The notes under the pieces: generated by a model
The model's database searches: none
What the model was told of the DNA's origin: nothing
The model's input: the letters and a program-made list of their open reading frames with translations, nothing else
Assembly (NCBI RefSeq): GCF_964355755.1
Contig: NC_092679.1
Span: 8,090,201-8,154,200 of the forward strand
Origin: Antedon mediterranea
Lineage: Eukaryota; Animalia; Echinodermata
Direction of reading: 5' to 3'
Length of the DNA: 64,000 nucleotides
Position numbers and translations under genes: made by a program
Shown: positions 14,301 through 26,300 of the stretch, piece by piece
How the letters are laid out: every line of letters begins with the position of its first letter
How positions within the stretch are numbered: the stretch's first letter is position 1

Positions 14301-17300
14301 AAGTAAAATACAAAAGGCAGGGTTAACGCTAAACCTTGATAAATGCAAATTTAGAGTGAAACAAATTTCATACTTAGGTCATACAATTTCGGCTTCAGGA
14401 CTTCAACCTGATAATGACCATGTAAAAGCCATAATCGAGGCAAAAATTCCAAACAACATCTCTGAATTGAGAACTGCTTTGGGAATGTTTGGATACTATG
14501 CAAAATTTGGGGTGTGTCGAAAGCGAAGACCTCGAAAGCGAAGATCGAAGACCGAAGACCTCGAAAGCGAAGACCCTACGAAATGGTAGTGTGCACAAAA
14601 TCCGACCAAAATCAAACAAAATCGTGATAACACCTTGAATTTACAGATCCTGAAAAAATATTTCAATTTTAATCGTTATATTATAACAAATCATGACTTT
14701 ATCTATGAACAAGTTCACGTGTTTTCGCCAATGGAGTTAATATGTGATATAGTTTTACGAACAAACACATCGCGCTATTTGCAAGGCGACGGACGCACAA
14801 GAAGGACCTCGCACATGAAATGTCACTTGTTCCGATAACAATTTAAAATCATAGCCAATTGTTTATAAGTATAGAAATAAACTACAGTAAGTAAATTGTA
14901 AGAAGTAAAGGATGGCGGTAGGCCCGGTATTTAGGTTTATTTTAGAGCCTATAGGCCTATAAAAAGTGTCCGTATCATAGATTTTACACTGCTTTTAAAT
15001 GTTAGGTACAGAGATCTTTTTTGCATTTAAATATGTTGCTATGTGTTTTTTATCTATAATATTTGCCTATTGTTTATTATCTAAATGTATGAATAAATAC
15101 AATAAGATATTCATTTTCCTGTATTGTATTTAAACTTTTACATTTTCCCATTGTAACTATTGCTATTTTACTTAATCGCCAGTTTCAAAATGTTTTCTAA
15201 TGTATTCATAATAGACAAATAATAGGGCCTATATGAAATATTTATTTTCCTTTTAAGGAAAATAAATATTTCATTTTTCATTAACCAACGTATGAACCAC
15301 TAAACAAAAAAAATTCTGCCGCAACGTATCATTGGCGCGCGCAACAGAAAATCTATCTATCTATCTATCTATCTTCTATCTATTTTGCATCCCCTCTTAA
15401 GATCGAGAATCATGATGAACATAATAAAGCAGAAACGGTGTTGAACACATCGGTTCCCACTTGTGATGACACGCAACGTTATTTTCTTACGGCGCACTCG
15501 GGGGCGCACTTTGCGTCGATCTGAAAACCAATTCAGCTCTTAAAATATTTCCCGGGCCAATGACAGTTCGTCCCAAACGCTTACCGTGAACTAACGGAAC
15601 TTTATTTTATATCTTTGTATTGTCAAAGTAAAAAATAATACTGTATTCAAATTATGATTTGACAAAAGGCTAATACTGTAAAACGAACGATAGACATCAC
15701 ACTCTGACAATTTTTCTTGATCGTTAACCCGTTATAATAGTATAATTCTGTTAGATTTGTTTGTATTAGTGTCAATTCTATATTTAAATGGTCAACAACC
15801 GGTAACCTGTTTCTTAATTAAAATGTTATGTTTTCTTTTGTTAATGGACACTCATGGCAGGGATGCAAACATTTAGAAGCGGGACGTCGACAATCTGTTG
15901 AAAATCGGGAGACTGTTGAATAGTCGTCTCAACCACAAGCCTGTGAGATAGAAGGTTGGGGGTTAGAGTGGTTAAGCCCGATAAACATTCACCATCACTT
16001 AATAAAGATTTATAGAGAGTATCTCTTTTTGTATTCACCACGGGCAATGCTTGAAAACAAAAGTCAGTTTTTTATTTGATGATGAGGAAAATTGTGGTTG
16101 GCGGAACTGGAACTTCATTAAACTAATCTTTTGACAGTGTCGGTAAACGTAATACCGATATGAATCAAAATCGGCAACTTGTAATTTTGGAGGGAATATT
16201 TTTTATTTCAATCTTTGTTTTGAATGGCTTTTGTCTTTGTGAACGTTGACATAATGGCATAATTATTCGGAATTATGGAAGCCGTGAAACAGATGATACT
16301 ATGTCACAGGAAACGACCGATTTATAACCAAAATTTGCAGAACGCTGATGCCTATATCGTTCGTTCTTTTTACTTCTTGTCAAATCATAATTTGAATATA
16401 TTCTGCCAAATTTGACCCGGGAAATATTTTAAGAGCTGGAATTAGTTTCCAGATCGACGCAAAGTGCGCCTTAAGAACAAATGTGCGTGTCATCACAAGT
16501 GGGAACCGACGTGTTCAACACCGACTGCTTTACGTTCATCATGATTCTCGATCGTAAGAGCAGGGAAGAGTTAAATGTAATTTAACTCTTCCCTGGTAAG
16601 AGGGGATGCAAAAATAGATGGAAGAGTATTTTCTTATGTTGCGCGCGCGTCAATACGATACGTTGCGGTAGGATGTTTTCGTTTAGTAGTTCATACGTTG
16701 GTTAATGAAATATTTATTTTACATTTTTCTTCTTTACCACCTAGTACTATCGCTTCACCAACCACACTAACCGATACTGATAATATTATTTGTCCATTAG
16801 GAATACATTAGAAAAACATATTTAAACTGGCGAATAATTAAATCAGTAATACTGTAGTATTGGCTAAAATGGGGAAAATGTACAAGTTTAAAATACTATA
16901 CAGAATAACTCCAGAAAATAAATATCTTATTGTATTTATTAATACAAATAGGCAAATATTATAGATAATAAACATACATCGACATAATAATATTTAAATG
17001 CAAAAAAAAGGATCTCTTAGTTGTATTCACGCGTACGTATAACATTTTTAAAAATAAGTGTAAAATCTATGATACGGACACTTTTTATAGGCCTATAGGC
17101 TCTAAAATTAGGCTAAATAAGCCTATCGCCATCCTTTACTTCTTACAATTTACTTACTTTAATGTATTTACTTTACTGTAGTTTATTTCTATACTTTTCT
17201 ATACAGTTGGCTATGGTTTTAAATTGTAGGCGACGTGTGCTACAATACAAAGTTATCGGGAAAAGTGACATTTAATATTGCATTCAATTCGAGGTCCTTC

Positions 17301-20300
17301 TTGTGTGTCCGTCGCCTTGCAAATAGCGCGATGTGTTTGTTCGTAAAACTATATCACATATTAACTCCATTGGCGAAAACACGTGAGCTTGTTCATAGAT
17401 AAAGTCATGTTTTTTGATAACATAACAATTAAAATCGAAATATTTTTTTGGAATCTGTAAATTCAAGGTGTTATCATCGATTTTGGTCGGATTTTGTGCA
17501 CACTACCATTTCGTAGGGTCTTCGCTTTCGAGGTCTTCGGTCTTCGATCTTCGCTTTCGAGGTCTTCGCTTTCGACACACCCCAAAATTTGTACCAAATT
17601 ATGCGACTACATCAGAACCATTAAGGTATTTGCTAAGGAAAGAAAATGCGTTTGTGTGGGGTACTGAACAACAAGCCGCATTTGATAAATTAAAGAATAG
17701 TATTGCTAAAAGTACTGCATTGAATTTGTTTGATCCCAAATTACCAGTGATTGTTACCACTGATAGTTCAGATTACGGAATAGGCGGTGTGCTAAGTCAA
17801 ATTAAGGATAACATTGAAATTCCTATTGCATTTACATCCCGTACATTAACGAGTGCAGAGCGTAATTATTCAACGGGAGAGAAAGAAGCATTAGCTTGTG
17901 TATATGCTTGTAAAAAATGGTTTAATTACTTATGGGGTAACAAATTTACATTACGTACTGACCACAAAGCTAATTTGAAATTGCTAAGTTCATGTGCTAC
18001 AGGTCATAAAACCATGCGAATTGCTAGATGGGCAGAGTGGCTACTTAATTTAGATTATGTGATTGAATATGTTACAGGGCAAAATAATTCTGTTGCCGAT
18101 GCTTTAAGTAGACTCCCCATAACAGAAAATAATCCTTCTGTTGATAATAGTGATGAATATGTATTAAGTTATATATTGGATGCTAACACTTGCATTACAA
18201 AACAAGAGTTAATTAAGGAGACAAATACTGATCATGTGTCAACATTACTTAAGAAGTATATTACAACTGCATGGCCAAGTAAGAAAATGTTAAATGAAGA
18301 ATTAAAACCTTACTACGGTCCTTGTAAAAGATGAATTGTGTTTAAATGATGATTTAATTATGAGGGGGGAGAGACTGGTAATCCCAAAATCATTGCAATG
18401 TAAAATAATTGATGAAGCACATACTGCACATCAAGGTATTGTACGAACTAAAAACAGGATTAGAGAACTATACTGGTTTCCTGCTATAGATCGTAAAGTA
18501 GAAGATAAAATTAAGAATTGTGAACCGTGTCAAAATAGTGATAAGACGGCTAAAACTTACAATGCGCCATTACAACCAATTGCGTTACCAGAACATGCAT
18601 GGCAAAAAGTTGCTATTGATATAATAGGCCCATTTGAAAAGGGACCTAGAAAGTGTAGATATGCTATTGTGTTAGTTGACTATTTCAGTAAATGGCCAGA
18701 AGTTACTTTTACTAATGATATTACATCTACATTTGTATGTAATTTTCTAGACCAGATATTTGCAAGAGAAGGATTACCAAATGAGTTGGTATCCGATAAT
18801 GGGAAACAATTTGTATCCATAGAGTTTGAAAATTATTTAAAGGAGAGAGGTATTAAACACATTAGAACATCATTGTACTATCCTAAAAGTAATGGATTAG
18901 TTGAAAGAATGAATAGAACAATTAAACATACCATTCAAATGGCCAATGAAAATAATAAGAATTGGAATGAGGCCATGTTAGAATTTCTTATGATCTATCG
19001 ATCTACACCTCATGCTGTTACAGGCATATCTCCTGCAGAATTATTACATAAGCGTAAATTAATTACTAAACTAAATGTAAGACCTACAGATGGTTACCAA
19101 AATGGAATTAAACATACTGAGGTAAAGGAACGAGTTAAAAAGTTCCAAAGTAAAAGTAAGAAGTATTACGATGATAAGAAAAATGTGAGGAAACCACAAT
19201 TTAAAGTGGGAGATTCAGTACGAATTAAGAATCCGAGACATGTTGATAAATCAAGTAATAAGTTCTATACTGGAGGAAAAATTAAAAGAATTGTTAGTAA
19301 TGCTACATATGAGCAAGTGTTGACAAAGTGCGAGGCAGCGAGGCACGCGAGGCATGCCAAATATTTGTGCGAGGCATCATTTTATCATTTCCAAAAGTGC
19401 GAGGCATGCGAGGCATATAGTTTACAATTTCAAAAAGGTGCGAGGCATATCTTAACGTGCTATTATGCTATATTATAGGCCTAATAATCAATCGATACAA
19501 GCGTATCTAAATAGATTCGTGTATACACTCATCATGTTGTTTATTTTTATGTAACGATTGTTTTTTCATTCAAGTCATATCGTGTCAAATTTTACTTTTA
19601 CAAAAGTGCCCAAACTACGGTTAAAAAATCTGAACGACAGTCTTCAACTTTCGATATAAACAATAATTGTTATAGCGACACACTCATCAAATGACTGCAA
19701 TGTTTGTTGGCATTTCGAGCGTGTTCACTCACATGTCTCTCGAACATAGCAGAGTGAAAATAATATTTTGTCACACCCCTGCGCCTAGATCCGGTAGACC
19801 CGAGAGATGGAAAATCCCTCTTTACTATTTAGCAGGTAGCGGAATGATTCAGCCCTCAGCTCAGAGGATTATTGCGGTGCATTCCCCTCCTATAGCACGT
19901 GGTTTCAGCAGCAACGCACAGACTTCTCTCTGAGCGGCGTGCCAAAGACATTTTTGACCTTCCATTCTCTAGGAACAACACGTGTACCTCTCTCGCAAAT
20001 AAGGTGAACAGCGATTGCCAGGACAAGTTCAATAACTGGCGGTGAATAAAAGGTAACTGATATGGCGATCCAATAACATGCCGCAAAGAAAAAAATTGCG
20101 ACAGAATTCTGGAGCGCGTGTGAAAAAAGACTTACGTCCGACAATTGTAATACTAGGCCTAAAATTAAACTTTAGCTAATATGCTTAGCCCTAACCTAGA
20201 TAAGAGGCCTATGTAGAAAATAATTTAATCAATTTTTATATAATAATAATTGGTGTAATATTTAATAATGATACACTATCCCTGTTTTAGTAAGCTAGGT

Positions 20301-23300
20301 ATATTACGAACGATTTTTATTTCGCTGTGGCTAAAGATACGGTACCGTATTCTAACTTCTGTTTACTAAAGGTACGGTAAAATTGCATTACGTCATAATC
20401 AGCCAATGGGGTGCTGGTACGTGTGTGACGTCATCGTATAAGGACTTTTGATTTTTTTTCATATCATCGCGTCTGTTGCATCATGGATTAAAGAATAGAA
20501 GGATATGCATCGACGTGAGATCAAGGGTTCCTTGACTCTCGCCGACAGACCGCGGACCGCCCACAATGTTACAATTTAATTAACCGCATGGTAACAACGA
20601 AACGGTCGCGTGCCTAATATATTGTTTACTGCACATGTGCAACGACATTTAACCTTGTTGACTACGCTTCTTTCGCGCGTTCTTTGTTGCACTGTATGTA
20701 TTCATACATATTTGAACAGTATAATCAGTGGCGTAACGGCTATGTGCGCTCACTGGCTAAACCGAAGCTTGGGGCCCATGAGCAGTGCCCAGAGGAACAG
20801 GCATAAAATATGTCGAAAAATGCTAAAAACGTCCAAGGCCTCGATCTTTGAAACTTGGAGGGCCACTTAGGTTTCCTAAACAAGTGGCTTCAGGCCTCTG
20901 CCTCACGCCCGGGCCTCACGCCACTAGTTATTAAATTACATTGTATGTTATTGTGAAGACCCTAGTGTAGGCCTACTTCATCAATATACCAGATAAAAAC
21001 AATACTATATTGTTATTGGCTTAGAATTGTAGATGCTATAATTGTAATTAGTATAGGTTTCTGCCGCGATTGATCTACGCTAATGTTTTTATGACATTAA
21101 AGTAGCATTTTATGACCTGTAGTAGCCCTACATCTGAGACAATAACTATTTATTTGTTGTCTCAGCCTACATACATGTAAAATTACAAAATCAGCAAGGA
21201 TACTAGGCCTAGGCCTTCTAGGCTTACTAGTAAACCATATGATTTGCCGACATTGATGCTGCCTAGGTAGGCCTAGGCTAATCTTAAGTGTAGTAGATAC
21301 AACGTGTAATCATGATCTATATACTCACCGTTGTCTTACTTCTTGTGTGAATAATAATAGGTACTTCGTTTGTTCGTGATTAAGTTTGCCCTGCGTGTAC
21401 TTTTCAAAACGACCGCTAGGTAACGAATCGCAACTATACATAGCCAGCCAATCCCGGATCAGGGATCGCTGTTTTCATTCAATTAGACCCGGTGATTGGA
21501 TGTGATGTGGATGACATAACCACTAGCCAATCACCAGGCACTACAATTTAAATATAATCACATCGATAATTAAGGAGATTTACACGATTGTTGTATGGGT
21601 GAATACCGGCCACGCTAACAACATACATGGTCAAATGCATAATTTAATATTCTATAGATTAACGCAATTTTTAATGACAGAAGATGGCAGGCAAATAATG
21701 ATAATTCAAATATAAAAATTGCATATTTTATTAATGTTACCAACTACTTAAAATTACCAGTCGTAAGAAAGTGAACTTTTCGTAGTCCGATTGTGATGTA
21801 ACTAAAACAGAATTATTCAGCAATATATTTTTGTTGTCAATTAATCATCGACGCAGACATGTCAATAGAACATTCAGACTGCGCATACGATTTCTACATG
21901 GTTACGTTTTGGTCTCAAAAAATGTAACAGTTGATTCGCAGCGTTTTACAGAGGGCCGCGGTTAAAGACACGGAGTTCAATGAGCGTGTTTGTTTGATTG
22001 GCAGCAGTGCTTTAGTATAGGCAAGCGCGTTGTAAAATCGTTTGATGTCACCGTTGATGCATATCCTTCTATTCTTTAATCCATGGTTGCATGCATGATA
22101 TGTAGACAATTCCTGTCGGCGGCGCCAGGCTGCATGGATGTGTGTGTGCGCGCTGATCGGAGGGTTTTATTTTTATTCCAAATGGCCTTTAGGCCTATAT
22201 TTTTTATTAAACTTTGTTTACAATGGTGACCATAAACAACAAGCAAATGCGGACAATAAAGGGGCCCTCAAATACTATGATTTTTTAGACAGTAGCCCCA
22301 GGTCTGAGTCACAGAAATCAGCGCACACATGCAGCTGGCCCCAGCCTGGCATCGCTTTCCCTACACAAACAAACTCATATAATGAGGTTATAGTACGTAG
22401 TAAGTAGGCCTAGGCCTCTTTTGAAACGGTTTTCTGTATTCTAGAATTAAAATCAACATGTTTTGGCTTTTCAATAATAATAACAGACGTAGGCTACATT
22501 TAGTTTTTGTCACACACGACGGCGATAATATAGCGATAAATGAAACATAAAGAAAATGCGTACTGTTTTCGCGATATGAAAAAAATCCAAAGTCCTTATA
22601 CGATGACGTCACACACGTAGCAGCACCCCATTGGCTGGTTATGACGTAATGTAATTTTACCGTACCTTTAGTAAACAGAAGTTAGAATACGGTACCGTAT
22701 CTTTAGCCACGGCGTTTTTCATTTATTGTTGTCCATGTACGTACTAATAAACCTGGCGCTAGTTTCCTTCGCTTGTATTTTTACTCCAAATTTGATAACT
22801 AACTTTATCGTGTGAATACCACACCTTAAAAGTATACCTCATGAGTACTTTAATGAAAGAATCACATAAAAAGTAACAAATAAATCCTTAAATTAATGAT
22901 TTTACAGGCGTGTTTCTCGCACACTGTTCGCGAATTTCACTTATTCAATGTTCAATATTTTTGTTTCTATTGAGCGCCAAAAGAGCAACGATAATAGAGG
23001 ACTAAAACTCAGTGGAATGCGTCAATTTCTCATGCATTTATTGGTGAAAAACACGTTTTATTTCAATATATTTGTTAACTTTTGTCAATAAAAATGCTGT
23101 AATATGTTACTGCTGATACTGTTCTGTTTTCAAAGAATAATAATCGATCCTAAATCAACATCACTACCTAGTCTAGACCTAGGACATCCTACTAAGGATA
23201 TTATGATGAATTTTTCTATTTTATTCTTTAAAATGTTAACGAAACCGTGTACATTATCAACAGTAACATTTTTCCTTACTGACAGTGACAAAATCTATTG

Positions 23301-26300
23301 AAATTGTACTTGATTTTCACCAAATAATGCGTTAAATATAAATGGAGTTTTTAGCCCTCTAATTAATTTTGCTCTTTTGGCGTTCCATAGAAACCAAAAT
23401 ATTGAACATTGAGTGTGCGAAATGCGAGAAAAACAACGTCTGTAAAATCACCAATTTAATGGATTTATTGTTACTTTTATGTGATTTTTCTTCATTAAAG
23501 TAGGCCTACTAATTCTAAGCTGTGGTATTCAGGATAAAGTTGGTTAAAATACAAGGCAGGTGCAAAAGGAAACTAGCCTAGCGGGCCTAGGCCTAGGCTA
23601 CTTCAATTTCGGTGATTTCCTGCCTTGCAATTTTGAGAAATGATAAAATGATGCCTCGCATTTTTTGATGATGGTAAAACGATGCCTCGCATAAATTTCT
23701 GACTTGCCTCGCATGCCTTCCCTGCCTCGCGTGCCTCGCTGCCTCGCACTTTGTTACTACCCCATATGAGCTAGATGATGGAAAGATCTGGAATACTAAA
23801 TACCTAACAAATGATCTAACCACACAGAAACAGAAAGATACTGTTGTACATACATTTGATAAAGATAGACCTAGACGTGAAGTTTATAAACCACGTTGGT
23901 TAATTGATTACACTCCCTAAATGTAACATGTGAAATTAGGAGGGGAGAGATGTTATGTCTAGCTATGGTGCCAGTAAGCAAGATGATACATTTGTTTATC
24001 AGTATACACTTCCTATGTTATCAGTTGGTTTACAAATACCACCTGTAACTATACCAATTTGTATGAGTCATATAGAAAGTAGAATTGTGAATAAAAGAGT
24101 TGTTAAAAAGTAGTCGAAGTGAATACATCTATCTTTGAGTAAGCTTTACAATACTTTACATTATATTACAATACATTACTACTGTACAAAGGTACTGGGG
24201 GTATATAACATAAATGTAATTTATCATATTATTAAATGTTTCCTATTCTTTATCATTGTGTTTTACTCTAACCAAATTGGTTATAGTAAAACACAGTGAT
24301 AAATTGCTATGTAAATGTAATTTATCATGTTATTAAATGTTTCCTATTCTTTATCGTTGAGTTTTACTCTAATCAAATTGGTTATAGTAAAACACAGTGC
24401 TAAATTGCTATGTAAATGTTATATATCATATTATTAAATGTTTCCTATTCTTTATCATTGTGTTTTACTCTAATCTGATTGGTTATAGTAAAACACAGTG
24501 CTAAATTGCTATGTGAATGTCATTTATCATGTTATTAAATGTTTCCTATTCTTTATCATTGTGCTTTACTCTAACCAAATTGGTTATAGTAAAACACAGT
24601 GCTAAATTGCTATGTAAATGTCATTTATCATGTTATTAAATGTTTCTTATTCTTTATCATTGTGTTTTACTCTAACCAAATTGGTTATAGTAAAACACAG
24701 TGCTAAATTGCTATGTAAATGTAATTTATCATATTATTAAATGTTTCCTATTCTTTATCATTGTGTTTTACTCTAACCAAATTGGTTATAATTTATTTAA
24801 TTTCATTTCAAAAGACATTTACCTAAATTTCTATTTAAATGTCATTTATCAAATTATTAAATGTTTCCTATTATTTATCTGGTTATATAGTAAAACACTG
24901 TGCTAAATTGCTATTGTATTAAGGACGAGTTCCGAGAAGATGTATTCAAAGCTACAACCAATCAGAACAGTGTTAATCAATATAGTCCATGGCTACAGCC
25001 AATCAGAAACGTCCAAATCGCAATAACCTCTAGGCTAATAGAAATTATTGGTCCGAGTAGCCTTTTCAACCAGACGTTGCGAGGTTTAAAAAGTAAAACA
25101 TGATTTACTCGCCAGTTTGGTATAGTTTATATACCTGCCGTCATGCAACAACTATTAAGATGTCTTCTTTGAACATGTGTCGTGAATGGTTTTAAGTGGT
25201 GAATGTAAGTAAACTTACTTATAGGCATGGCCGGCTCCGCAACAAACAATAACTTCTTTATTTCCTGTCCTGGCGCATGTATCAATAACAAAATTTCGAT
25301 CCAATGTCATTGTGTAAAGACATGTTTTGGTGTACATTATGGGACCTACTGCCTGTCAAAAAATAAAACAGGTCACATTATAGCCAACACGCATCATCCA
25401 ATAAGAAAAAAGCATTTTGAATTTATTTAACATACCACTGAAATCAAGAATATGCAGTTACTCCACACATAATGGGCACATTCAAGATGGAACATGTTGA
25501 TAAAAGTTGTATTTTTGTAAGTATAATAACATTTTATTTTGCTTTAATAAATTAATTTTTAGTACAGTATATTTATACTGGGAGAGTATTTAGAATTTCC
25601 TCTATCTAATTTATATTATAGATTATGACCTTTGGAAGATACTTTGAATGAAATTCATCTTGTAATTTCTCCCTCTTTTTATCAGGTGTATACGTTCGAG
25701 TTGACGGGGTGACAGGATTACCCAATGCATCAAGTCCTATTTTACTTCCAGAGTTACCATGTGATGGCAATCCATAGACGTCATACTGTCTATCGTGAAA
25801 GATGTAAACTGGAAACCTGCAACCGAACATTTTGGTAAGTTTATAAAGTTCTTAACAATTCATTTGAAATATTTAAATACTGTACTCTATAATAGTGTGA
25901 TATAACGATATACTTTTATATTTAAGAAATTGACCTTTGTATCGGAATTCAAATAGGTTCACAAACTTGACCCAGAAAGTCCAAAGGAGAGTTTGTCCAG
26001 ATGTTTTAATGACCATTTAGTTTATAATAGAATCCCTAAAGAAAACACTTAGCTTAATTTTGTGACTTTCCCATCGTTAAACCAGGAGTGATCGGCACTA
26101 TTTAAGTACAGATTTGACAGTGTCATCCATCACAGAAATACCTTATTATACCGTTAATCACTCCCACTTAAACACCCCTGGATCAACTTAGGACCAATCG
26201 TTACCCTCACAGATGATGTAATGACATTATGCAAATGAACTGAGCCAATATACTCCCAAGTTTCAGAAGGGCCCAGACACACCTTACAGCCACTTCTCCA

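Larger units (their letters stand above)
19314..23762. mobile_element. hAT-like non-autonomous DNA transposon inserted in the Gypsy integrase
   Basis: 8-bp TSD CATATGAG (19306-19313 and 23763-23770). Imperfect TIRs ...ACAAAGTGCGAGGCAGCGAGGCACGCGAGGCA / TGCCTCGCGTGCCTCGCTGCCTCGCACTTTGT with GCGAGGCA subterminal repeats. No intact transposase. Confidence 0.85.
12496..23920 (+). pseudogene. Disrupted gag-pol polyprotein of the Gypsy element
   Basis: ATG at 12496 with an in-frame TAG at 12613. Two CCHC knuckles, protease IDTGS, RT YLDD, RNase H (TDSS...EKE...TDH) and integrase HHCC/DDE. Frameshift near 18320. The integrase tail resumes after the hAT insertion (YELDDGKIWN...RPRREVYKPRWLIDYTP*, stop at 23918-23920). 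Confidence 0.92.
12195..24210 (+). mobile_element. Gypsy (Mag-like) LTR retrotransposon, interrupted by two DNA transposons
   Basis: 260-bp TG..CA LTRs at 12195-12454 and 23951-24210 (one mismatch seen). TSD TAAAT. PBS TGGCGACGAGGAT (12458-12470), complementary to the tRNA-Ser(GCU) 3' end. PPT GGAGGGGAGAGA. Confidence 0.97.
11860..24915 (-). repeat. Inverted array of the 101-bp satellite (about 11860-12194 and 24211-24915), split by the Gypsy insertion
   Basis: Reverse-complement units ...TTATCATTGTGTTTTACTCTAACCAAATTGGTTATAGTAAAACACAGTG... on both sides of the TAAAT TSD. Confidence 0.9.
5593..25133. mobile_element. Foldback-type TIR element filling the last oxidase intron (outer shell of the nest)
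   Basis: About 45-bp terminal inverted repeats ATACCAAA(T/C)TGGCGAGTAAATCATGTTTTACTTT at about 5593-5639 and 25085-25133, both TATA-flanked. The arms carry the same 101-bp satellite in opposite orientations. No transposase seen. Confidence 0.7.

Noticed and set aside
14510-14589. Novel C-termini on the Gypsy ORFs (also 19314-19478) and the N-terminus at 17468-17582
   Set aside because: Read-through into the TIRs of the inserted DNA transposons.
19690-20150. hAT transposase remnant
   Set aside because: The frames are full of stops and I could not identify BED, DDE or dimerisation motifs.
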